Shown here: positions 13,501 through 27,900 of the stretch, piece after piece
Numbering within the stretch: position 1 is the stretch's first letter
How the letters are laid out: each line of letters opens with the position of its first letter
DNA from: Trichoplax sp. H2
Lineage: Eukaryota
Direction: 5' to 3'
NCBI GenBank assembly: GCA_003344405.1
Contig: NOWV01000220.1
Span: 1 to 64,000 of the forward strand
Length of the DNA: 64,000 nucleotides
Notes under the pieces: generated by a model
Database searches by the model: none
The model's input: only the letters and a program-made list of their open reading frames with translations
Told to the model about the DNA's origin: nothing
Position numbers and translations under genes: made by a program

Positions 13501-16500
13501 TTGAATGCATAGTTATTAGTTTGGGAATACTTATTTAATCTCTATATTGTTTATCAAAGTTAAAATATGAGCAGAGAGAAATAAGATTTTTATTTGCACT
13601 TTTTACTACGGAATGGGAATCGCAATGGTGGCATCATGTTTTTATGTTTGTTAAGTATTGATAGGAAGCTGCTATTACACAATGGACTTTTAATTAATTA
13701 TCATTAATTGGATTTTGCCAAAATCAAATAGTGGGGAGATTTTAGAAATGATAGCATTCTGCTCGCTTTGATTTTAAGCGAGAACAGACATCATATAATC
13801 TAGTAATAATTTATGACTCTTACCGCTATTAACTCTATATAATTGTCACAAACCAGCTTCGTGACAAGGATAACGTAAAACAAATCTCTAAATTACTATA
13901 GTCTCCGGGATTCAGTATCCCTTAACTACCTCACCAGAATTTAGACGCCTTTGATTCTACGTTAAACTCAACTAGACAATTGAGAACTGCGTTATTCAAC
14001 TATCTGACGGGCTTATATACCCCTCTACAGCAGCTAACATTCATGAGTCATCTTATAAAAATTCCTAGGTGAGAACATCTACTAACTAATTTTTCACAGT
14101 CGGACTACAATATGTCCATTCACTGAATCATTTCAGTACACATTACAGCACAGCATTAAATTTACTGTAACACATTTATAATTAGAATGATTCCTACTGT
14201 AAGTAACTAGTTGTAATATATTATCACTATATTATATTAACCAATTTAGATAGCTATTTTTTCACGGTAGTTCGTACCGTGACAATAATATATCATATCA
14301 TGAAAACTACTAGATCAGCGTAAAATTAGACAACCTAAATAAATCTATATCTTTATCTTCGATACTTATTGAACGTAGTTTGGATACCGTATAGAATAAA
14401 ATTTTAAAAGGATCTTACAAGATGACAGATGAAAAGTTTTAAGAATTGTAATCTGCATATTATTAGAATTTATAAGGAGAGACCAAAATAATAAGAGCTG
14501 TCAACCAATTATTAATTGATCATTCATAAAAGAGAAATAATTTCTTCCAAGTGATTTATTCGTATGCCATATTAAACATAATTGTTTATCAATCCTTATT
14601 TCCCTTCTGTGGATGAAAAATTACTAAAATAGACTGATTAGGAATTAGTTTCTATTGCGATAGAAATAGTAATGGTATGATAGTAATTCATCCATAGCTT
14701 CAACAACCATTGCTAAAATGCGATTAAGTTTCTACTCTGATATGATATAAGTGTTAGTTATTAAATTTCAAGAACAAAGAAAATCGTGATTGAAAAAGCA
14801 GGTGAGAAGTTGAAGCTATTTGATTTCTTTGCTGTAAGAACTATTCCAGATGTCGTTTAGTGTATAGATATTTATTCTTAGTCACCGCTTAACGTTGAAA
14901 AAGTGATTAATCATAAAAAATACTTCGAAAACTTCTCAATACCTTCGTAATTTATCGTTGTTGAATGGATGACTATCAAATTGAGAAAAAATACAAATAT
15001 CGAAGTAAGAATTCTTTATTATTGTATTGAATGGCATGATTTGACTCATAGCTATTTTACTACCGTTCGACATCTTAATCCATAAATCTCTACGTGAAGT
15101 TACAGAATCTAAATGATCTTTGATGAAATATAACTATTAGTAAGCAAAGCACAGCAAAACAATAATAAATTTTTTAATAGTAGAGATTTTATGACTTGCA
15201 TTGAGTGGAACAATAACGCTGTAAGCTGACTGTACAATTAGCAATTTTCTGTCAGCTATCCGATAACTGACCGCTCCCTCGTTATTATTAGGCCATATTT
15301 GACATAGACATATGTCTTTCGAGATCAATATAAATAATGAACGAAGTCTTTAGTAAATTATTATATAGATCCTCTCTATTAAAATATAAAGCAACTTATG
15401 GTTAAGCTAAATAAGTATCCGATGGCATTAATCAGACAATATTATAAATACCAGTGATTTCTCTTTAAAAATATGGAAATATGTATGATAGAATAGATAT
15501 ACTCGGTATTGGTGTATTCCAAGTCTACTATCCAATTAATAAAGTTGCATGATGCCGCAACTATCGCACTAGAACCATTTTGTTCTGATGTAGATTTTTT
15601 GATATATAACCTACGATAATCAAAAAAATGATTCAGCTCCATATTTATGCTTATGGACGTGATTCTCCTTCTAAATAGTCCATGATAACTAAATTAGATA
15701 TTTTTAGGAGTGAATGCAGATTGAAATTAAATTTTATGAACTCTTCTACTACGGATAATATAGGCATTGAGTCTAAAGATTATCATTATCTTCTAGGAAT
15801 AAATAGTTAGCAGTTATAAGAGATTAGAATAAATTAGTGGCTGCAAGTTTACTCATGTGAGCCTTAAATTCACTTACAGTACTTTAGTTTCATACGATGT
15901 CTTTCAAATCCTAGCAATTACATTTCATTAAATTAAATAGTAGGTTTACGAGACAACGTTATAAAGATTTTGTAATCTTGATGTTTTTGTTAAGCTAATA
16001 CTATATTAAATAACTACTGGTGTTTATTAGTAATAGGAGTCCGTAAAAATAATTATTTCAGATCTAAATCTTAAGCCGAAGTAGGTCGATCATCTTCATT
16101 TGAAGTTACATAGGTTTTCATCTGCTAATATTGACACATCGTCATCACATTGGAATTTATCTAACCACAACTTTAATGCGAAGTTCTTTTTCATATTAGT
16201 TCATAGTTGCTAAAGATTGCCCAACCGTCATAATCAGACAGATATTGAAGCTAAGTACAGATATACTAATTAATGCTGTATAGACTATAGCTTACGGTAA
16301 GCATTAATAAACGTAGATCATCCTATGTGAAAAACACTGACTAGCAGTTTGCATTATTTTGCTAAATGACATTATTTGATTCAGAAGCATGTTATTATTG
16401 AGAATTACGGTAATATGTCAACTCCTTAGAATCAGTGCTTTATTATTCCTCAGGTTAGTTCTAGCTGACACCGTTTAAATTGAGTTTAAGAATCATGGCT

Positions 16501-19500
16501 AAACTTGCTAATAATTAATTAATTGGCTGAGGGAAATTATAAGCAGCTTCTAGCTCTATCTGAGGTGATTTGGACATCGTATTAATCTACGTACGCGTAA
16601 TGATGGTAAAAAATTGTCGTACAGCAATCTCTGAAATTTCAAGTTTTGAGCAGCACTATCAGGTACCATAAATTTATGATGGATTTTAGATTGCTATACC
16701 GTAATGCAAAAATTTCCATTTTTAACATGTCTTATAATCTACGAAAATGGGGGGGAGGGGTAAGAAACGCATGCATTGTTATTGGGAACAAGTTATGACG
16801 CTTAATCTACTTTGACAGTTTGTACAACCGATAGTTATCCATTTAATATTGTACAGATAAGAGAAAGTAAACCTTAGTAAATTTGTAGAAACATGCACGG
16901 TAGTGCATAATTGCGGTAAATCTCACAACGTAACCATAGTATAGTTATTGCAGTTTTGAGCCCTTAAAGAAATCTTAGATTACTGTATATCATGTGTTTG
17001 ATGAACTATCAATATCCCCCCCCCGTGTAATTAAGTGCAGTACCACATTAACCATGACTTTAAAAGTCATTTGGCTACTGTACCAAGGACTATTGAAGTA
17101 CAGTATACGGAAAAACTAATTTTAATTTATGAGATCTGTATGATACGAAGATAGAGAAATCAATTTCAGTAACCCCAGCAAAACAAAATATTATTGGCAC
17201 GTTTCGTCTTTTTTATTTGCTGTAGCTGATTTATGCTATTATCATACACCATTATTTAATTCCACTTTTATAGTGATACGGAACTGATAATAATAGCTGA
17301 AATTGGCACCGTACTAAGTGTAGTGTAAACATGACTTAATGCTTCATGGACATTAGTGGAACAATTTAATAGAGGCAAACAGAGAATTACTCATCTTGTA
17401 TTTTGTCTAACCAAGGTATGACTCATACCTGCATTATGATTATGGACAAGTAATTGGCTTGTGTATTATTTCCACAGTGCTTCTTACGATAATAACCTTA
17501 TTATTTTTGGTATTATTAGCATGACTTGGCCTATAGATAATAATTAACAATTGGCCGACATCAGCTAATAGTTAAGCTCCTACTAGCGATTATATTTTCG
17601 ACACCAGCTAGTGCTGGATAAGGTAGTTTTACCATGTATAATATAACACAGTTTGTTGTTTGAGTACTATGTCCACTGACAACTGTGAATTGATTAGTTT
17701 ACTACATTCAGAAAGCAGACTACATATAAACTATCCGCGATTTAGATAAAATTGCAGCAACTAATACCATGATTTTGTTTGCTCTGAGTACTGCTTCAGA
17801 TCTTGCTGCATTAATCTGACGGTTGACTTTTTAGATTTACTTAATATATTTATTTCAAGCATAAATGATTCATTTTAAAAGGCTATTGTAAATACTGTTG
17901 TTGGTTAGTTTTCTTCTATTACATACGTAATCCTATTTACAAAAGAAAACAAAGTTAAGATTACGACCTCATAACAGTAACAATTTTATAAGTCAGCAGC
18001 TTAACTATGAATGAATTATATGATATTTTTAGACAATGATAATGGATATCCATTTTTGTTCTGGATATGTTTTCAAATAACTGAATTCTTATGTCTGCCA
18101 ACCTTTAAAGGGAGATTATAGTTAGATTGAGCATCCATTTAATCAGGGAATCAGTCCAATAAATTTTCTTAACTTGTGCACTCATAAATTAAGAATTGCT
18201 TTAGGAATAAAAATCCTTTGTTAAATAGAACACTATCTAAGTTATAAGGTAATATCGAACAACATTATTGCAAAGATGGTTAGGGTTGAAGCAGCACACA
18301 GGATTAAAGCTTTGTGCATTCTCCTTTTACTATTTAGCTCGTAAAAGATATTCGCTTATTAATGGATGATTTGCAAATAGTGAAAAGTGATAGGTTTACC
18401 CAGTTATAAGCTGAAATGTGCCTTTATGTTGACTAGATAACCAGCATCGTCTTACGTAGTCAGTATTTTGATGATACGACATTCGCTACTGTATTTTGCT
18501 CTTTGAGATACTTTATACCCTGAAATATCGTCTAAACTGAACTAAGTTACATGTACAGTATCCAATGCCAGTTTTGAATTGCTTTTTAAGCCTCTATCTA
18601 GAAATTTTTCGACTGAGGATTTAAAATTTAGAAGTGAGATCCTGTGAATTGATGAGCGACCTAATTATATCGCTTCCCATAGATTCTATTAGTACTATAT
18701 TGACCTCGATAACGAGGATATTGAATTAAGGAAGAACGATTACCTTTAATTATGCAAAGTAGGTCATCTTTAATTATATAGTGATGGTGTTGCTTTTTTT
18801 AGATAGTACTTAGAAATGGATTCACTGTGTGAGTTTGCCCTTTCATGTAATGCCGCGAAAATTATTTTAACATCTAAAACAAAGAATAAATGATCGCAAT
18901 TAAAAATGCTCCTCATTATTAGCTTAATAAACGAATAGATTAATAGCAGCTTATTACTGCAAAAATCTATGAAAGGTATATATTATGGTAGACGAAGGAT
19001 CATTGACCTGTAGTTGCACGAGTATCATCGTAGGAAGTTTTATGATAGCGTTTCTTCTCTCTTTTAATAATGGAGACATGTCAGCACGTTGTAACTGTAA
19101 CTACGATGTATCGCATATAGTTATCGACGGTTTGTATATGAAATTCAATTCTAATGGTGATCGATTATTTAAAGATATTTGTTGACGTTCATGCTACAAA
19201 CCTTCCATACCACGAGCTTCTACAAGTATTACCTTCTATTGTGGATTATTCGAATCACTACTAAAAATTTTTTGTTTAATATTTGTAACGCTAGGTTTAC
19301 AATAACATCAATTCAGCGTTAGTAAATGATAATCCGTTCTATATTCATCACAAACTTTTGCTGTCGATTTGTAAATTGGTAGTACAATGAACATTAACAC
19401 AGCAGTATTCATTCTCTAGAAAATTTAGTTTGCTTCTACAGTTCTATATAAATGTAGAATTGTCGTACGATATGGATTGCACCTCTTCAATGGCGTTTAA

Positions 19501-21399
19501 ACTATAGCTCTATATTGTGACACCATGCTTATTGTAAGCATTGTCATTCCATTATAACCTCCTGGTTTGTGCAAAAGCCCAATTTTCAATGATAACTGTT
19601 GGTGTATTTATGCATGGCGTGCCATCGCTATGGCGACCAGTTGTGAATAGCACTCTTTTTAACCATGTCGGTTAATAAGTACGCCCATAACGCTAACGTT
19701 AGCGATAATGATTGGCATTGTATCTCAACATGATGATTACTGCAGTTATGATCTGCGTCCGATGGACTTTATGTAGCGTCCTTTTAAATAAATAAATAAA
19801 CGGTAATGGCTCATTATTTATCCGATTCACCAGTTAGTTGGTCATTGAAGCCGGCGATAGAATGTAAAGTAACAATGTCTATTAAGCCGTGTTTATCATC
19901 GATGATACAATTTTATAAAATCAGTAAGGTTACCCCTTGGTATGCTATTGTCCAGTTTTTTACAGTAGCAAAAAATACTAAAAAGAGGATTCAGTTTAAG
20001 CAAGGATACGGTATCGATATACTAACATTAACCAAGTCTAAGATCTAGATATATGACAGATAGTATTCGTGTACGTGCAAGTGCTATCGTACTACAATAA
20101 AATACAGCACGGGGAAAGAATAAAGTGAGTCATTTTGTGGTTAGAAATAGTCATTGAAAGGTCAATGATGTACCATCTATGGGTTAGTCTTACATTCGAC
20201 AAGTTTATATCGTATGATACAGTATACAGTACTGTGATCGTCGTTAAATGCGGCAAATAATCACGTTCATTTGAATGATTTTAATGGCAAGTGTCTATTA
20301 CTATGCCTGAAAATGTTCGCTTTAGCTCCTATTTTAGATTGATCAGGATTGAACAGTAGATTATTGTGATAATTCTGCGACTAAAGTGCAATAATCAATC
20401 GTAACATCTAATTGAGTCTTTCTCCAATTATAAATATAAATAAACTAGTCGATCCATCGCTCGTTCTACTTTGCGTGTACCAACTGTACTCTATTTTTTT
20501 ACTACTATTTACTATCATAATGGGTTGATAAGGTATGATCGAGCATTTCTAAAATGGCAAGGATTAGTAGTATCGTATATTATGAATGATGGCATTGATT
20601 AATACCCTATAGCATGCTATTGCTAGTAAGATGTATAAATAATTTTATCATTGATTTTGTTATCACAATGTCAAGGTATCAAGGAGCACATTGAAGCCCA
20701 TTGCATATATAAGATGGATGGTTAAACGCTGAGTATTGATTTACCGAAGTGTAGTTTGTTACCGTAGTAGTGTAAGGATGACTGTATTAGGAGTAAGGAA
20801 AGATGAGTGACGAATCGATTGACAAACAAAATAGCAGCTGTGAGTAATAGAGGTTTCTTACCGCTATGGTAAATAAGGCTAAATGATGAATATTTAATGA
20901 ATTGCTCAATCACTATTGATAGTTGAATGCTTTATTTATTTCACTACACTCCACTGATGAGCAACTTGATCGTTCTTACTAGTGGATACTACACGGAACA
21001 AAGTTTACAGTACTATACTGTTGTAAGTTACAAAGATTTTACTTAGAGTTGTTGAGGAAAACCATACAAGGTAACAATGAAGTCCTGTCAATGATGTAAA
21101 AAATAGTATGGTGACTCATGTCACTGAATGACTAATTGCAGCCACAAATATTGAAAAATTGAGATTGTATACTACTATGATAACCCCCTAAAAAGGCGTA
21201 TCAGAACTGATAAATGAATGATTTTCATCAGTCGGCAAGAGCAAATAACTTTCATGTGCGTGCCTGATAAAATATTCAAACTCACTATTAATTAATTACT
21301 AAATTACTATAAGCACTATATTGTTGGGATCACCATTGATCCCCAATTGATCGCTTCGACACTGTCTATCATCAAGATTTTTGGATGTCTCTGTCATCG

Positions 21400-21780
21400 A
21401 TTCACAGTAGTATAGTACAGTACAGTAGGTAGGTTGTTTCGCTGACTGCAATACTGTACTGTACTCAGTGTTAAAGTACAGTCGTTCGACTAGGGTGTGG
21501 TCGGCTGACTTTTTAGACTGGTATTTTGGGATTCTTTTCACAGTATACTGTACTGTACACTGTACAGTACAGTACTCCTCCTCCCTACAGTACAGAGTAC
21601 CGTAGGGAATCTCCCGCCCATAACGAATTGACAAGCCTTGTACAGTACTAAGCGTTCCACAAGGAATAAACTTTGTACTGTACTTGTTCTACAGTGTACA
21701 GTACGCCAGTTGCGTCAGGATGCCACAGCATACTGGTTGTATTGTATGGCAATACTGTAAGTGTTAGTTGATAGTCAACA
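21400..21780. promoter_or_regulatory. putative promoter region rich in TACAGTA/TACTGTA motifs upstream of the PDZ-SH3 gene
   Basis: many overlapping tacagta/tactgta/gtacag motifs, locally higher GC, 160-540 nt upstream of ATG 21940. Confidence 0.55.
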
Positions 21781-21939
21781 GTAAATCCGTCTACATTTTA
21801 AATATCAGTACCGTATCAATTTACACTTTTACATTGCGTTTATCAGCGAGAGCAACGACGACCTGAGAAACATTTCAAAGCGTGGCCTTCTCTGTTTGAA
21901 TCCCATAGGCTTTGGTAATAGTCAACCCTTTCCACTGTC

Positions 21940-24900
21940 ATGGACTCTGGAAACTCTTTCTCCGTGGGTTTGCAAGGTGGGCCACCATGGGGATTTCGTT
22001 TACAGGGTGGCCGCGAGTACCGTGCTCCATTATCAGTAACCAAGGTGAGCTTTTTTTTATCAATTCGAGTTGATCGTTTTCTACGGACGACGCCAGTCAA
22101 CGCAACACACGTTATTCGTTTTTTTTTCACTTTTGATATTGTTGTCAATCCAATTTGCTTAAGCCGTATTTACGATTACTCTATATTGTAGAATACATGT
22201 AATAGCTTCAAAAAATGACATTGTATATAGCAATAATGTAGTTTTATGAGTGGACGCTGACTTATTCTATAGTTGCGGAAAGCCTTCAAAAAAATTACAA
22301 ACTAAACTCACAAGTAAACGTTAGCGGGCGTAACGCCACGGAAGAATCAAGACATTCAACGCTCTACTACTGTACAGTGTACACTATGCACGACGATAAT
22401 ACACTGTACTGTACTGTACGGCTCAATACAGTTCAGTACTGTACAGTAATACAGTATAATTAATTGTTATCATTGTGTACGAGACCGTTAACTCCGTTAG
22501 CGTGACAATGTAGTCTGTTTATTTTCGCTGCATTTTTTACAGACATTTACTAGCCATTCCCCAGTAAATTTTTTTATCGCTTTAACTTACGATATGAATT
22601 TGGATTAACAACCAAATGCTAGATAGGAATATGTCAAGCTGCAATTATGTTATCATGACCATAGAGAAATAAATTTAGGGCACTTGTACACATGCTTGTA
22701 TAGTCCACTGGATATTGGTTCGTTCGATACTAGAAAGTTGGTTTGCTTTAAAGGCGAGCATTGACAATAGTACAGTAGGTACTTAGTAAATGGCGTACTT
22801 AAGGAAATGGCTAGTTTACCATGTTTCGTCTTTGCTTTAATTTAATTTTTAATTTAATAAGGCAAATTCCGCAGACGCGCACGATGAGTCATAACGATTG
22901 ACTACTTAGCGGTACAGTACTGTATTGTATTGTACGAAAAAAAATGTCTCTCGCATAACAGTACTTCTGTTCGCATACAAATTCTTGTAGTGATGTCAAT
23001 ATTATTACAGGACGCTTTTTCTCAGAGCAAATTTTTGACGTATATACGCTAGTATTCTAGACGGTACTTATCCTGTAGGTTTTCCTTCTTTTTTTTTAAC
23101 TGTCCCCCAATCACCTTTCCTATTCTACTGCACTTACAAAAAAGTGTGTAAATTATTTATGTGTATTTTACTTTTGGGCAATGTTGAGTGGAAAACTGCG
23201 ACAAAATTAACAGCAGGGAATATTGAAAAATGTAGCCCTGTTAAGGAACACATACTGACATGCAATCGTATATTCGGACATGTGCCAATGGTTAGCCCGC
23301 AAATACCATATTCTAGTATACTTTTCTATACATGCTATCATTTTTCTTGCTAAAATCTGATTGGCAGTACTAAACGAGTTTAAATCGTGATCGCTACTTA
23401 ATTTTAATTTATTAATTTACATAACTGCTCGACGATAATTATGAAATCAACTTAATTTTCAGTTAGTCTCTTTACTTTGGAGAGAAAAAAACTGAAACTG
23501 CGCTCGACATTTTTACTAGTGTACGGTGTATAATTTCGAGGGACTGAACGCAGTCCAGTGTTTGCTTTTAGTCAAGTTAATACTATAAAATGATTTCCGA
23601 TTCTATCCTTTCATATGTGTTTCTGGTTGATACTTTCAAATCTTGAGATCACTTGACTCAGCGTAGAAGACTGTTGTACATTGTACACTACAGGTTACTG
23701 TACCGTATGCAGCGTTGCGCTTGATGCATCGTTTGCTAGCACTTTTTGTTACAGTACTGTACTGTAGTACTGTACTGTAGCACTGTACTGTAGTACTGTA
23801 CTGTAGCACTGTAGAAAAATTCGAAAATAACGCTATTAGCAGGGGATGGGGGTGGTCACAGATTCAAGCATGGTAACTTACAATTAAAAGTAAACGTTAC
23901 ATTAATTATACAGTACAGCAACTTTTTAAGGCAACGTGCAGTACAGTACAGTACACTGTACCGTACTTTGCTGTGCTGTGCTGTACTGTACTGTACACTG
24001 TACAATACTCTAATTGGCTGTAACAGTACAGTACTGTAGCAGTTCTGCGACAAATTTCACCATGCAGTCAAATTGTACAATACTGTACAGTACGTACGAT
24101 ACTGTACTGTGGAACAGGCACACTTATACAGTAAGTACAGTACATCACACTGCTAGAATGCGGTACTGTATAACATACGGGTAGATCAATTTTCGACTGC
24201 AACTGCCGTGATATACAGTACAGTACAATAATATGATTGGACTGGCACCAATTGCTATTTAGTGCAGTGGATGCTCGAGATAAAGCGAAAAGTATTAGAG
24301 TATTTTTGAGTTCTATGGATTACATTGCAGTAGTGTAAACAGATCATGGATTGACTACGATAGCTGTACGTGATAAATTGATTATTCTGTGGATCGAGTG
24401 TAGTAAGCGCATTGATACGGTGTACGAATTGGACTAATTGTGAATCAATCCCTTCTGCTTTTATACCCCGTTTATTTTTAACAGATACAGTGGATTACTG
24501 TCGTACCCTACTAAGTATTGTAATGCAAGGCACTGTACTGTGGACAATGGAAACGTTCATTCCAGTGACATTGATTTGATTTGATGTTGTCCGTCGATTG
24601 CTACAGTACTCTCGACACTAAAATTATTTTTAGAAAGCGATGAAAAGGAACTGAACATCTGTTGCAGTAACAGAGTGACGCCCTAGAAATGACGGTTATA
24701 TTTAGGACATTTGCTGGCGTTGACTATAAATAGTCTGCGATAGCATTCCACAGTTATAAATTGGGCAGTCATTTCAAATTTGAAAATTAGAAGAAAAATT
24801 TTACTGCAGCGATCTCTGTAGAACCTTTAAAATTTTGTCCTTACTGTTACTGCAAATACTTTTTTCGATGATGACGAAATTTGTTAACCAGCGTAAAACA

Positions 24901-27900
24901 ACCTCAATCTTACGTAGAAAAGCGAAAGGGCCCGATAAAAATCAGGTTATCTTTTTTAGGGAACGAATGAAAGTACACCAATACTGTTTATATAGTGATT
25001 TAAGATTATTTGAATTAGAAACCTCATGTTGTGATCCAATCGTCTGCTTTAATTAAAACTAACAGTCAGTACAGCACTGCAAGTTTGGATATCGGTCTTT
25101 CAATTTTTCTTTGGCCATCAATAGCTAATTTATAGCATTAATGGTGTGATTTTCAAAGTTGATGTAAATTACGGCTGCAACGCTAAACGTAAACTCAACT
25201 AGTACTTGCAATCAATTCAAGTCACTAGCTGTAAAACTAAAATCAATTTATTAACTGCTATAATTTAAAAGCGCTTGATACGTAATTGGATCAGTAATAC
25301 TACTTAATTGTTTTAGTATTGATTTTAAATTATTGCATAGCAATATCGGTTGATGCAATTGCAAGCATTTTGACACAAAATGTTCAGATACTGGTAATGA
25401 TGTCTACTGGCTTAATTCGGTATACTCATATTGTATTTATCCGTGAATTTGGATTAGGTAAATGAAAATAGCAAAGCGGAAGCAGAAGATATGCGAGTTG
25501 GCGATATTGTCAAATCGATTAATGGCACAAATTGCGATAATATGACTCACAGTGAAGCATTGTCTACGATTAGACGAGCAGGAATGCGATTACAAATTGT
25601 CTTAGAAAGGTATGGAATTGGCTGGATTTCAAATTCTCGTTGCAAAGTATAAATATGTCGTAACTGTAGGTTGTAAATTGTTAGGACAATAAGGTTGATG
25701 TCATCTTTTGCCTATTCTTTTCAATTTTATTATTTAAGGCAAGACCGTAACGCAAATGATGGTTACGGAAACATGCAGAGCTATAGAAGTGGAGCTCAAC
25801 ATTACGATAGCCACTCTGGCCAAGATTATCAACCTTCTGGGGTACCAGGCAATCATGGCGGTGGCACTCGTATAACGATAGGAAACAATAGGCGATCGAG
25901 AGCATCACAGGATGATTATGATCATTATCAACAACCTAATGACGGTAATAACTATCAAGGTAACTATCAGAAACCATCCAATGCAACTTACGGCCAAAAC
26001 ACTGGTGGGAATTACAACAACGGTTATGGACCTTCAGATAACAATCAAAATGACGGAAAGAATCCCCAGTGGCCAGGAAAAAATTCTTGGGTACCTAATG
26101 ATAATAATACACATAAAACTGCTAATACTAATATTAATGATTCTAGAAGGCAGTCTAATTATAGAAATCGTTCAAACAGTCGTATACGTGCAAAAAAGTC
26201 CGTAGCTAGTAAGAGACAGTTCATTCAAGAGTTCGGTCATGTAAACAGTCCCACCAGAAAATTAGTTAAAAATACAAATAGTCGAAATCTATATATACCG
26301 TCGTATGATGACCCATTACAACCTTTGCCCGGCCATGAGCCACAAGAAGAACCTGATGCAGCACCTCTATCTCCTATCCTTACAAAATTCGAAAAACCAC
26401 CTCCCCCACGTTATAGAAGAATGCCAACCAGGGAAGGATTACGTAATGTATATAGGTATGAGACCTCAAAGTTATAGCAGAAGTGTGTATGCGTTTAACG
26501 CACGAAAACAGTCAGTATTTATTATCATTCCATATACGAATTATGCTTGATTACAAATTGTCCTCTTAATTTATACATCATTTAATAGTTTATTATGGAA
26601 GTCCAATGATGTTTTTACTTAATGAAATAGTGTCAAATGGCCGACTTACTTAGATTGTATATTATTTGTATAGTATTTTATTTAGATATTGTTTATTAAA
26701 ACATGTTTCTATTTTATATTACAGTTCTCCTGATTACTTTAGCAGAGGTGGTTTTGATAACGTACAACCGATTAATTTGAAAGTTCCGGCTCTAAATTTA
26801 TTGCATAGACAAAGAGACTTTGTAAATAGAGAAGGTGCGTATGTTATTCGAAATAAGTCGTGTAGATTTATGCCCTGAATAATCGTTATCAAAAGCAATT
26901 TAGTATGCGCTACTTTATTGTCCATTTAACAATAATCTAATATTTCTAATAGATGACGAAGAAGGTGTAATTGTACATTCAGCTTATCGTTCGAAAAACA
27001 GGAAAAAAATTAATAAAATCAATAAAGCTATGGATGGTGCTGTAAAAGATAATATTGATCGATCAAGTACTAAGCCAAACTCTTTGGCGTTACAGTCTCC
27101 AACAACATCATCTTCAGATCAAAGTCCTGTAATAAATTCAAGAAAGAATAAGACAACGAAGATCAATAGCACATCCCCTACCAGAGAGACAACCAAACTA
27201 AATGTTCGAAATAAGATTGGCAGTTATGATAAGACTAAATCGAATCCTATCATTTCAAGTAGAAAGGAAAATGAAATTGGAAAAAATAAAGAAAAATTAG
27301 TAAAGCCTTTATCACAAAGCAGTGGAAACAAGAGTAAGGTAGTCGTTAGGACTTCCTTACCCAAGAATGCAGCAGACAATAACGGTGATCGTTCGAAAGT
27401 TTTTCCTAAAAAGAAAAACTCTACCGCAATAAAATCGCCAGCGACGAATGTAGCAAAAAAAGATAGAAAAACAACTAGACTAAAGATTAGGAAGAATAAT
27501 TCTGCCCCGGAATCCCCAACTTCCCCAGTTGAGCAAATAAATGCTACTTCGTTAGAGGCCCTTGAGAGCGTTGATAACAATTCATCTAATGAAGAGCCAC
27601 CACCAGTTAGGGTTAGTGTTGTAGGCGCCCTTCAGTACCGTTATAATAGAGTCCTGAACAGGCATTCTAAGACGATAACCAACGGAATATCAATTTTCTT
27701 TAGTTACAAATTATTAAACCATTAAATATGAAAGCCCTATCACAAGCATGACCAGGTCATTAATCACTATCTTCATTTCTTATCCCGAACTTATTGAAGA
27801 TGCAAGTTGTATATGTATATATATATAAAGTATGAAAATTAGACTGCCTTCTAGGTTTCTCTTCAAGAAATGTATATATATATATATTTAACGACTTTTA

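Noticed and set aside
16748..17024. G-run and C-run about 270 nt apart as possible inverted termini
   Set aside because: Complementarity is limited to the homopolymers; no TSD or internal ORF
21299..21634. 111-aa minus-strand ORF rich in Y/C/T/V
   Set aside because: Translation of the TACAGTA motif cluster; same artefact for 23856-24053
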